In this document: positions 8,760 to 16,763 of the stretch, piece by piece
Numbering within the stretch: the stretch's first letter is position 1
Layout: every line of letters starts with the position of its first letter
Assembly: GCF_000008665.1 (NCBI RefSeq)
Contig: NC_000917.1
Span: 300,001-332,000 of the forward strand
Direction: 5' to 3'
From: Archaeoglobus fulgidus DSM 4304
GTDB taxonomy: Archaea > Halobacteriota > Archaeoglobi > Archaeoglobales > Archaeoglobaceae
DNA: 32,000 nucleotides
The notes under the pieces: model-generated
Seen by the model: only the letters and a program-made list of their open reading frames with translations
What the model was told of the DNA's origin: nothing
Database searches by the model: none
Translations under genes and position numbers: made by a program

Positions 8760-10388
8760 TCAGAGTTCCTCAACGCCGAGGCGCTTCATCGCCCTCTCGG
8801 GATTCACCTGGTAGGTATGTATGACCGCAGAGACGTCTTTGAACATTCTTATTCCGTTGGAGAGCATAAACTCCAGCACTCTCCTCCTCCTCTCAAGCTC
8901 CTCGTTCAGCTCCCTCACACTCCACCCTCTCTGCCTCCTTATCTCCTCCAGAGCTTTGGAAGTTCCAACCATCGCGTGCTCGTCCTTAACGCTGTCCCAC
9001 TGGAATACGGTTGAGGTTCTCAGCATCTTTGTGTGCGCATCCAAACCGACAATCTCCGCAATCTCCATGTTCCTCCTAACTCTCCTGTCCCCAACGTAAG
9101 TTTGGGCCTGGATGCTTATAATGTCAAGAGCCTCGAGCATCGGCCTCGGCACTCCAATTGGCGGGTTTTCAAGCCTGTGTATCGCACCGCTTATGCTGTC
9201 AGCGTGCAGTGTTGAGTAGGTTGTGTGGCCTGTAGCCATCGCCTGGAAGAGCGTTAAAGCCTCCCTCCCTCTAACCTCACCGACTATTATGTACTCAGGC
9301 CTCTGCCTCAATGCCGCTCTGAGCAAATCGTACATGTCAACTGCTCCCTTCTCTCCGTGGAAGGCATCTCTTGTTACAGCAGGAATCCAGTTCTCGTGGG
9401 GGAGCATAAGCTCTCTTGTGTCTTCAATTGTCACTATCTTGGAGCGGCGGGGGATGAAGAGCGAGATGGCGTTCATCGAAGTGGTTTTACCGCTCGCAGT
9501 GCCGCCGGCAAAGATTAGTGACTTCTTGTTCTCGATGCAGAGCCATAGATATGCCATCTGCTCGCTGCTGAAGGTTTTCCATGCTATTAGGTCGATGGGA
9601 GTGACGGGCTCTTCGCGGAACTTTCTTATGGTGAAGGTCGAGCCGTGGTCGGTCACCTCCCTCCCCAAAGTCATCTGGATTCTGCTGCCGTCGGGCATTG
9701 TCGCGTCAACCATTGGCTCTGCGATGCTGATGTGCTTTCCGCACTTCTGGGCGAGGTTGACAACGAAGCTGTCAAGCTCATCCGGATCGTCGAAGATGAC
9801 GTTGGTGCGGAGGTTTGTGTACTTGCGGTGGAAGATGTAGATGTACTTGCCGTATCCGTTGCATGAAATGTCCTCGATCATCGGGTCGTACATTATGGGT
9901 GTTATCTTGCCGTAAAGGATAGTTCGCTTGAAAATGTGGTAAAGAACTCTGAAGTAATCCGAACCTTCAAGGTTTACTCTGTAAGCCTCAAGGATGGAAT
10001 CTATTTTCTTTTTGAGCGTTCCAACTTTGTCCCCAATTTCCTTGGGGTTTGCGGCATAGTACTCAAGCCTGCCGATCACATTCTTGACAATTTTCTCCTC
10101 CTCTTCACTCAGCTTGGGCTCGTTGACGTGATAAATGAACTCGTTATCTTCCTCATTATAGAGGATGTGAACGCTTGAGATTACGAATCTGCCGTAAACG
10201 GGATAACCCTCAACCTCAATCCACCCTTCAGGAGGTTCAAATTCCTGCGAAAGCCTCTTTGAGAGTGTTCTATAGGTTTCCTCACCGAGAAACTCCTCCT
10301 TTGCACCTTTTTTTATTATCTCGAAAACAGCAGTTCTTCTTGGAACTTCATCCTCCTTCTTTTTGAAGCTGAAGCGAAGAGTGGGCAT
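8760..10388 (-). CDS. Type II/IV secretion-system-like ATPase (GspE/FlaI/VirB11 family)
   Basis: Walker A FAGGTASGKTTSMNAI, IVTIEDTREL, IIVGEVRGREALTLFQAMATGHTTYSTLHA. Start reassigned to Met 54 of the track ORF (MPTLRFSFKK); the track start at 10547 is a GTG inside the divergent ADH gene. Confidence 0.9.
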   Translation of the reverse strand: MPTLRFSFKKKEDEVPRRTAVFEIIKKGAKEEFLGEETYRTLSKRLSQEFEPPEGWIEVEGYPVYGRFVISSVHILYNEEDNEFIYHVNEPKLSEEEEKIVKNVIGRLEYYAANPKEIGDKVGTLKKKIDSILEAYRVNLEGSDYFRVLYHIFKRTILYGKITPIMYDPMIEDISCNGYGKYIYIFHRKYTNLRTNVIFDDPDELDSFVVNLAQKCGKHISIAEPMVDATMPDGSRIQMTLGREVTDHGSTFTIRKFREEPVTPIDLIAWKTFSSEQMAYLWLCIENKKSLIFAGGTASGKTTSMNAISLFIPRRSKIVTIEDTRELMLPHENWIPAVTRDAFHGEKGAVDMYDLLRAALRQRPEYIIVGEVRGREALTLFQAMATGHTTYSTLHADSISGAIHRLENPPIGVPRPMLEALDIISIQAQTYVGDRRVRRNMEIAEIVGLDAHTKMLRTSTVFQWDSVKDEHAMVGTSKALEEIRRQRGWSVRELNEELERRRRVLEFMLSNGIRMFKDVSAVIHTYQVNPERAMKRLGVEEL

Positions 10389-10493
10389 CAGAAGATTTCG
10401 GTATTTAAAATTAAAAAATGTTTCGTGTAAAAGTGAAAGAATGACAAAATGAACATTGAAAAACATTTTATATTGTTCAATCATCCTCTCATC

Positions 10494-11636
10494 ATGTGGT
10501 GGTTTGTTGTACCAAAGACAGTTTTCGGTGACGATGCCATTGAGCACCTGCAGAGCGAGAGAGCAGAGAGGGTGCTGATTGTAACTGACAAGGTTCTGAG
10601 CGAGATGAGCTACCTTGAGGAGGTAAAGAAAAATCTCAAGGCGGAGAGAATAGAGGTTTTCGACGAGGTAGAGCCGGAGCCGAGCATAGAAACTGCCCTA
10701 AAATGCTCAAAAGTGGCGAGAGAGCTTGATGCGCAGCTCATAATCGCTCTCGGTGGTGGCAGCGTTATGGACGTTGCGAAGATGGCGAGGATACTGATGG
10801 AGCTTGACGTCGATCCAGAGTTCATCACGCCCTTTACAGATCTCTATGAGCTCGGTTTTCAAAAGAAAGCAAAGCTCATCGCCATTCCGACAACCAGCGG
10901 CACGGGAGCGGATGCAACATGGGCAATGGTGCTTACCGACACCAAGGAAAAGAGAAAAGTTCTTCCTGCGAACAGAGAAGCGATACCGGATTTAACAATA
11001 CTCGACTACAGGTTTGTTGAAAACCTTCCGCCCAAGCTCGTAGCCGGCACGGGAATGGATGCGCTAACCCATGCAATCGAGGGTGCTCTGGCTCCGTGGA
11101 GAAACGACTTCAGCGATGCAATGTGCGAGAAGGCAATTGAATTAATCTTCGACAACCTTGAGAAGTCTTACAACGGGGACAAGGAGGCGAGGGCTAAGAT
11201 GCACCACGCCGCAACGATGGCCGGAATGGGATTCGGAAACTCTCAGGTGGGGCCGGTGCACTCCTTGGGCCATGCTTTCGGAGCCTACTTCAAGGTGCAC
11301 CACGGCATTTGCGTTGCGGTGTTCCTCCCCTACGTTTTGCAGTTCTACCTTAACGATGAAGGCTCGAGGGCAATGATGGATTATCTGGCTGGTAGGGTTG
11401 GATTGGAGAGCGGAGAGTCTATGGTGGAGAAAGTAATGGACCTCATGAAGAAGATAGAGGCTCCGACAAAGGTTTCAGACATTGTTGGTGAGAAGGAGTA
11501 CTTTGGGGCAATTGAGGATATATGGAGCCATGCTATCAACGATGCGTGCATGATTACCTCTCCGAGATGTCCAGACACCGAGCAAACGAGGAAGCTGCTT
11601 GAGTACGCATTCTACGGAAAGAGGGTTGACTTCTGA
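10494..11636 (+). CDS. Iron-containing (group III) alcohol dehydrogenase
   Basis: GGGSVMDVAKM, PTTSGTGADAT, GMDALTHAIE and HSLGHAFGAYFKVHHG metal-ligand motifs. Start likely MWWFVVPKTVFG at 10494 rather than 10449. Confidence 0.93.
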   Translation: MWWFVVPKTVFGDDAIEHLQSERAERVLIVTDKVLSEMSYLEEVKKNLKAERIEVFDEVEPEPSIETALKCSKVARELDAQLIIALGGGSVMDVAKMARILMELDVDPEFITPFTDLYELGFQKKAKLIAIPTTSGTGADATWAMVLTDTKEKRKVLPANREAIPDLTILDYRFVENLPPKLVAGTGMDALTHAIEGALAPWRNDFSDAMCEKAIELIFDNLEKSYNGDKEARAKMHHAATMAGMGFGNSQVGPVHSLGHAFGAYFKVHHGICVAVFLPYVLQFYLNDEGSRAMMDYLAGRVGLESGESMVEKVMDLMKKIEAPTKVSDIVGEKEYFGAIEDIWSHAINDACMITSPRCPDTEQTRKLLEYAFYGKRVDF

Positions 11637-11645
11637 GGTGAGAGC

Positions 11646-13442
11646 ATGTACGGCTACTGCGGTAAGATTTTGAGGGTTGATTTGTCCGAAAAAACGGTTT
11701 CGACTCTCATTCCAGAGGAGAAGGATTTGAGGGAGTTCATTGGTGGTGCGGGGTATGCGGTAAAGCTCCACTACGACATGAGAAGTTTTGAGGTTGACCC
11801 CCTTTCTCCGCAGAATCCCCTTGTGATTGTGACCGGCCCGCTTACGGCAACAAAAGCCCCCTCAACCAGTAGGCTTGAGTTCTGCGCCCGCAGCCCCTTC
11901 ACGGGAATTTGGGGTGAGTCCAACTCAGGCGGAAGGATGGCCGCTTACCTCAAATACGCGGGCTGGGACGGCATTATTGTGGAGGGGGCGAGCGATAAGC
12001 CCGTTCTTCTCAAGGTAGATTTAACCGGTGCGGAAATCCTTGATGCCGAGCATTTGTGGGGAAAGGGATGCTACGAGACACAGGAGCAGATTGAGAAGGA
12101 TTTGGGAGAGAAGAGAGTCGCAACGGCTGTGATAGGCCCAGCTGGCGAGAATCTGGTGAAGTACGCGTGCATCCAGGTTGACAACTCAAGGCATGCCGGA
12201 AGAACGGGAGTGGGGGCTGTGATGGGCTCAAAGAAGCTGAAAGGCATTGCTGTTGTTTATGATCCGTCAGAAAGGCAGAGGGTTGAGGTTGCGGACGAGG
12301 AGGGCTTTAACAGAGTCGTCGATGAGGTTTTGCAGAGAATAAAGGATGATTTCACCTGCAACATGTTCACACAGCTTGGAACTTCCGGCTACATGGAAAC
12401 CGCCGAAGGCTTTGGTGACCTGCCAATCAAATACTACACTCAGGGAACATGGGATGGGGCAACTAAGATTTCCGGTGCGGCGATGGCGGCATCGGTTCTA
12501 AGGGGAAACGATGGGTGTTTGGGCTGCGTCGTTAGGTGCGGAAGGGTTGTTGAGCACAAGGGAAAGCAGATTCACGGGCCAGAATACGAGACTCTTGCGG
12601 CTTTCGGGGCTCTCCAGCTCAACGACGACCTGGAGTCGCTGATTGAGATTAACTACCTCGTCAACGACCTCGGAATGGATTCCATCTCTGCTGGAGTTAG
12701 CGTAGCCTTTGCCATGTACCTCACCGAGAAGGGAGTTGGAGACTTCAACATCAAGTGGGGTGATGCCGAGGCTGTGAAGCAGATGGTTAAGGACATCGCC
12801 TGCAGGAGAGGCAAAGGAGAGGAGCTTGCAGAGGGTGTGAGGTTCATCGGCCTGAAGTACGGCAAGGAGGCGTGGAGCGCTCATGTAAAGGGGCTTGAGA
12901 TACCTATGCACGATGCAAGAGCCTTCAGCAGCCTTGCCGCGGCTTACGCAACTCATCCAAGGGGGGCGTGCCATTTGCCACATCAAATGTACCTCTACGA
13001 GATGGGAAAGACTATTAGCGAGTATGGCATAAAGAGCGACGACAGGTTCAGCAACGAGGGCAAAGGAATTCTTGCGGCAAAGGTTCAGAACTTCTCTGAG
13101 CTTTTCAACGCCATCACAATGTGCGCCTTCATGCCCGTCAAACCGAGACACATTGCAGAGATGCTGAGGGCGGTTACGGGCTACAACTACACCGTTGAGA
13201 ACATCTACACTGCAGGAGAGAGGATGTTTACACTCAAGAGAGTTTACAACGTGAAGTGCGGGGTTAAGGCGGAGCACGACACCCTGCCTGAAATAGTCCT
13301 CCAGCCGCTTGAAGGCGGGAGCGCCGGAAACGTGCCTGATGTGAAAAAACAGGTCTCGGAGCTTTACGAGTTCAGAAAGTGGCCTGAGGGTGTGCCAAGC
13401 AGGGAGAAGCTGGAGGAACTCGGTTTGGAGTGGGTTGAATAA
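11646..13442 (+). CDS. aor: Aldehyde ferredoxin oxidoreductase family tungstoenzyme
   Basis: MYGYCGKILRVDLSEK, GPLTATKAPSTSR, GAVMGSKKLKG, CLGCVVRC, MCAFMP; about 598 aa. Confidence 0.95.
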   Translation: MYGYCGKILRVDLSEKTVSTLIPEEKDLREFIGGAGYAVKLHYDMRSFEVDPLSPQNPLVIVTGPLTATKAPSTSRLEFCARSPFTGIWGESNSGGRMAAYLKYAGWDGIIVEGASDKPVLLKVDLTGAEILDAEHLWGKGCYETQEQIEKDLGEKRVATAVIGPAGENLVKYACIQVDNSRHAGRTGVGAVMGSKKLKGIAVVYDPSERQRVEVADEEGFNRVVDEVLQRIKDDFTCNMFTQLGTSGYMETAEGFGDLPIKYYTQGTWDGATKISGAAMAASVLRGNDGCLGCVVRCGRVVEHKGKQIHGPEYETLAAFGALQLNDDLESLIEINYLVNDLGMDSISAGVSVAFAMYLTEKGVGDFNIKWGDAEAVKQMVKDIACRRGKGEELAEGVRFIGLKYGKEAWSAHVKGLEIPMHDARAFSSLAAAYATHPRGACHLPHQMYLYEMGKTISEYGIKSDDRFSNEGKGILAAKVQNFSELFNAITMCAFMPVKPRHIAEMLRAVTGYNYTVENIYTAGERMFTLKRVYNVKCGVKAEHDTLPEIVLQPLEGGSAGNVPDVKKQVSELYEFRKWPEGVPSREKLEELGLEWVE

Positions 13443-13451
13443 AATATCTTT

Positions 13452-13598
13452 CTACTTTTTGCTTTTGGCCATCCTCGTTTCCCTGTAGCTTTTTATCTCC
13501 TCAAACTGCTCCTTAGTCGCACCGCACCTTCCGCAAACTTCAGGCGGCTCATCCCCTCTGAAAACAAGCCCGCAGAGCTTACATCTCCACCTCTTCAC
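13452..13598 (-). CDS. Small rubredoxin-like protein, absent from the supplied ORF track
   Basis: Minus-strand ORF from GTG 13598: (M)KRWRCKLCGLVFRGDEPPEVCGRCGATKEQFEEIKSYRETRMAKSKK* (48 aa). CKLCG/CGRCG knuckles match a rubredoxin-like domain. The start overlaps the upstream stop (GTGA). Confidence 0.85.
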   Translation of the reverse strand: MKRWRCKLCGLVFRGDEPPEVCGRCGATKEQFEEIKSYRETRMAKSKK

Positions 13599-14047
13599 TC
13601 TCCAATCACCTCAAACTTCTCAAAGCTCTCTCCAGGAGCGTTGCACAGCGGGCAAACGTCGGGCGTTTCGTCCTTGACAATGTATCCGCACATGGGGCAT
13701 ACGTATATCGCTTTGAAGTCCTCTGGAAACTCCAGCATTTCGGACATGTTCTTCTTGATTACCGCGAGGAATCTCAGATTCGTTGCAACCTTCCTGTTTT
13801 TCTCGGCCAAAGCTTCCTTCATCTTCTCCTCCATGAACCTTGCCTCATCCTCAAGCCTCTCCCCCATTTCCACTGCATCCCTGTAGGGGTCTTTTCCCAG
13901 GTTTCGGAGAAGGGAAATCAGTGCAATCTCCTCCGCCCTTGCGAGGGACTGGTAGAGCTTCTTTATCCTCTCGTCCTTGGCCATCTTTGCATAAGCCGAA
14001 AAAAGGCCGTAACGCTCAAGCTCCCTCCCAACAACATCCTCATACAT
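13595..14047 (-). CDS. Rubrerythrin-like protein with C-terminal rubredoxin-type CPMCG...CPLC domain
   Basis: Helical N-terminal region with E/H residues, then IYVCPMCGYIVKDETPDVCPLCNAPGESFEKFEVI. Confidence 0.85.
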   Translation of the reverse strand: MYEDVVGRELERYGLFSAYAKMAKDERIKKLYQSLARAEEIALISLLRNLGKDPYRDAVEMGERLEDEARFMEEKMKEALAEKNRKVATNLRFLAVIKKNMSEMLEFPEDFKAIYVCPMCGYIVKDETPDVCPLCNAPGESFEKFEVIGE

Positions 14048-14092
14048 AACTTAACTTGGCCAAACTCTAACTTAAGTCTTTCGAAATTTTTC

Positions 14093-14110
14093 TGGATTTT
14101 GAAAAATCCA
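14093..14110. promoter_or_regulatory. Perfect inverted repeat upstream of the rubrerythrin-like gene
   Basis: TGGATTTT-GA-AAAATCCA, 8-bp arms. Confidence 0.45.
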
Positions 14111-14114
14111 AATT

Positions 14115-14128
14115 TACGAAATTCGAAC
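14115..14128 (-). promoter_or_regulatory. Copy 1 of a 14-bp motif GTTCGAATTTCGTA
   Basis: Plus strand TACGAAATTCGAAC; its reverse complement equals 15193-15206. Lies 68 bp upstream of the rubrerythrin-like start. Confidence 0.45.
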
Positions 14129-14184
14129 CATTTGCCTGTCTGACCTCAGGCTAAGGAAAAGGTAAAAATTGCAAACGGTAAAGT

Positions 14185-14760
14185 TTAGCAGAGCTTTTCA
14201 GCCACCTCTGCCACCCTTTTTCCGAGCATTTTTGCAACCTGCAAGTCATCCTCCTTGGGAACTCCTGTTGATGCCGCCCCGTAGTAGCTTCCAGCCCTGT
14301 AGAGTTCTTTCGCCGGGGGCAGTCCGACAATAATCATCCCGTGTGCGAAGAGAGGAAGGAGCATTGAGAGCAGCGTCGCCTCCTTACCGCCGTGGGGCAT
14401 CTCGTTTGAGGTGAAAACAGCCCCAACCTTGCCCTCAAGCCTCCTCTCCATCCACAACCTTCCCGTCATATCAATGAACTGCTTCATCTGCGAGGACATC
14501 ACTCCAAATCTCGTCGGAGAGCCAAAAATGATTGCATCATAATCTTGAAGCTCCTCTGGCCTTGCAACCTCGAAGCTTTCAAGCTCTTCCCTTACTTTAA
14601 CGTAGCCGGGGTTCTTTTCGAGGATTTCAGCCGGGATGGTTTCGGGAACTCTCTTAACAGCAACCTCCGCTCCTCCTTCCCTCGCACCATCAGCAACGGC
14701 CTTTGCGAGCTTCATCGTGTTGCCCGTGATGGAATGAAAAATAACAAGAATCCTGGCCAT
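14185..14760 (-). CDS. wrbA: Flavodoxin-like NAD(P)H:quinone oxidoreductase, WrbA family
   Basis: MARILVIFHSITGNTMKLAKAVADGA, FGSPTRFGVMSSQMKQFIDMTGRLW, AHGMIIVGLP. Confidence 0.92.
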   Translation of the reverse strand: MARILVIFHSITGNTMKLAKAVADGAREGGAEVAVKRVPETIPAEILEKNPGYVKVREELESFEVARPEELQDYDAIIFGSPTRFGVMSSQMKQFIDMTGRLWMERRLEGKVGAVFTSNEMPHGGKEATLLSMLLPLFAHGMIIVGLPPAKELYRAGSYYGAASTGVPKEDDLQVAKMLGKRVAEVAEKLC

Positions 14761-14764
14761 TCAA

Positions 14765-15142
14765 TCACTCCAAGCTTAGCGTCGCCTCTCCCATCCAGAG
14801 GCCATGGATGTTGCAGTAGGAGAAGGCCGTAAGCTTCCCGGATTTCTCAGCTTTGAAGGCGAACACCGCAACCGGATCGGTGTAAACACCACTCGTGTTC
14901 GGGCCGTCAACTGAAGCCCCGTGGGCGGCAAACTCTGCCCTGCCAACTACGTAGGGGAACTTGCTGCCTTCAGGCTGAAATACAAGCTCTATCCACGCAA
15001 TGTGGTGCTCGGTTGTGTTCGGATGCGGGATTTCCTTCCCAACGCTGACCTTTACCTCCACAACTCCGCCCTCAGCCCTTAAAACCTCAATTACTGGCAC
15101 GTGCTTCTCCTTCTTCCAGTCTGCAGTCTGAAACAGTTCCAT
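14765..15142 (-). CDS. Neelaredoxin-type superoxide reductase
   Basis: KEKHVPVI, IPHPNTTEHHIAWIE, FSYCNIHGLW (His/Cys Fe ligands); lacks the N-terminal desulforedoxin domain. Confidence 0.95.
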   Translation of the reverse strand: MELFQTADWKKEKHVPVIEVLRAEGGVVEVKVSVGKEIPHPNTTEHHIAWIELVFQPEGSKFPYVVGRAEFAAHGASVDGPNTSGVYTDPVAVFAFKAEKSGKLTAFSYCNIHGLWMGEATLSLE

Positions 15143-15192
15143 GCTATCACCTCCCTTACCTTTAAAATTTCTTCCCTAATAAACCTTTCTAT

Positions 15193-15214
15193 GTTCGAAT
15201 TTCGTATTTACGAA
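15193..15214 (+). promoter_or_regulatory. Copy 2 of GTTCGAATTTCGTA overlapping the dyad TTCGTA-TT-TACGAA
   Basis: 15193-15206 matches 14115-14128 exactly (reverse complement); dyad at 15201-15214. 51 bp upstream of the neelaredoxin ATG. Confidence 0.45.
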
Positions 15215-15381
15215 TTAATATCGCTAAACTGGCTGTAAATCACCAAAGAGGAAGAGTTTGTAGCGGGCTGATGGAAAGTACCCTGGTTTCTGAGTCCAAC
15301 AAGCTGAGCTTCCATGCCTTCGAAAAAGGTGTTAATCTGGTTGGAGATGGAAAGGCTGCTCGAAGAAAAAGCAATGATCTT

Positions 15382-15876
15382 CTATAGCAGCCTGTATCTA
15401 ACAATAAATCCATCTTCAACCTCCTCATAGTCCAGAACCTCCGCATCCTGAGTCAAATCCTCGAAGTAGTCGTAAACTCCGCAGCTCACGCAGAAGGGGC
15501 CTGTGAACCTGACGTAAACGACCTCACCCTCCTCCTTCATGAACTCTGCAACAGCTTCGGGGGAGTGAAAGCGGTTGAACTTCTCAACAGCTTCCTTGAA
15601 CTCAAGGAGCTTCGTGTATTCAACATCTCTGTCAAAGCCGTGCTTTTCAATCCAGCTTTTGATGTAGGGGCACGACACCTTTATTTTCTCGAATCCTCTG
15701 GCATAATTAAGAGCCTCACCAACAACCTTCGAGGCGTAGCCCTTTCCCTCCTCCCCCTTTGCGGTGAAGGTTGCGAGTAGCTCTATCTCCCCGCTATGCT
15801 TTCTGTATAAAACCCATGACACCCTTTTCGAGTCAGCGTAAAGGGATATCCTGTCATCCTCTACTTTGAACTCCAT
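15382..15876 (-). CDS. GNAT (YjdJ-type) N-acetyltransferase-like domain fused to an uncharacterised C-terminal domain
   Basis: LLATFTAKGEEGKGYASKVVGEALNYARGFEKIKVSCPYIKSWIEKH resembles short YjdJ-like GNATs; C-terminus has GPFCVSCGVYDYFEDL. Confidence 0.65.
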   Translation of the reverse strand: MEFKVEDDRISLYADSKRVSWVLYRKHSGEIELLATFTAKGEEGKGYASKVVGEALNYARGFEKIKVSCPYIKSWIEKHGFDRDVEYTKLLEFKEAVEKFNRFHSPEAVAEFMKEEGEVVYVRFTGPFCVSCGVYDYFEDLTQDAEVLDYEEVEDGFIVRYRLL

Positions 15877-15996
15877 GCATATTATAGCCCGGCATCTAAA
15901 TTAGCTTTTCCCGTCTAAGCATGATGGCTTCATCAGAGACAGAAATGCATCCCGGTGATTATTAGCGTCTATCTTGTCAAACCTTAAGCCTGCCTT

Positions 15997-16611
15997 TCAT
16001 CTCTTTTCAAGCCGTGCAGAGTAACCTGCTCCCTCAACAGCCTCAACGAGTTTCTGCAGCTCCGCTTCCTCGTCAACCTCAACAACAGCCCTGTCCAGCC
16101 CAATTTCAACAACATTCGCTCCGGCCTCTTCAAGAGCCGCCTTTACAGCGCTAACACACCCCATGCATGTGAGACCGTCAAGCTTAATTTCCACTCTTTT
16201 AGCCGCTTTCTTCTCACCTCCAACGGGAAATCCCAGCCTCTCCAGATGCCAGTGGCAGCATCTCCCGGATGGGTTGGTAACGACGCACCATTTTCCTTTT
16301 CCTGCTCCCGTGATCTCGACAGCTTTCTCCTTTCCGAACTTTTCGGCAGCTTCCAACAGCATCTTCTCTGTAACCCTGTTGCAGTAGCAAACCGGCTTTG
16401 GTTCTTCCCGTTCCTTAACACCCACTCTCGTCTTCAGCTCACCCTTCCTAAAGACCGTTTGCTCGTTGAAGTAAACAACCTCGCAGCTCTCCAAAGAGCA
16501 GAAGTAAAAATCCCCTTTGATTTTACTCCAGAGTCCCTCCTTAACGTGTGCGCCGACGGTCAGCGGCAAAACTCTCCATCCTTCCGTGCTGCATTCTGGG
16601 CATCGCATCAT
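15997..16611 (-). CDS. copZ: CopZ copper chaperone with N-terminal Fe-S/Zn Cys-rich domain and C-terminal HMA domain
   Basis: N-terminal CPEC and CYCNRVTEK...GRCCHWH; C-terminal LDGLTCMGCVSAVKAAL heavy-metal-associated domain. Matches the Archaeoglobus CopZ architecture. Confidence 0.93.
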   Translation of the reverse strand: MMRCPECSTEGWRVLPLTVGAHVKEGLWSKIKGDFYFCSLESCEVVYFNEQTVFRKGELKTRVGVKEREEPKPVCYCNRVTEKMLLEAAEKFGKEKAVEITGAGKGKWCVVTNPSGRCCHWHLERLGFPVGGEKKAAKRVEIKLDGLTCMGCVSAVKAALEEAGANVVEIGLDRAVVEVDEEAELQKLVEAVEGAGYSARLEKR

Positions 16612-16763
16612 TTTTCTTCACCACATTCTCCTGAAAAGCTTTTTCACTCAAAGAGTTCAACAGTCTTACAGATTGACTTCACTACAACTTTACCACACGC
16701 CATTTTTCTTTTTAATTTCAAAACCGCAAAAAACTATTAAGCTTAGAAATTAAACTGAACCAC

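Noticed and set aside
10389-10547. N-terminal 53-aa extension of the secretion-like ATPase
   Set aside because: It begins at a GTG inside the divergent ADH coding region, is Phe/His-rich and unlike the family; Met at 10388 is more plausible.
12498-13277. 259-aa minus-strand ORF opposite AOR
   Set aside because: Antisense to conserved AOR sequence; no domain signature.
15215-15381. Possible C/D-box-like small RNA or small ORF (CTGATGG ... CTGA ... CTGA)
   Set aside because: Boxes are imperfect and spacing not diagnostic; the 68-aa ORF (15240-15446) has no family features. Would need RNA-seq.
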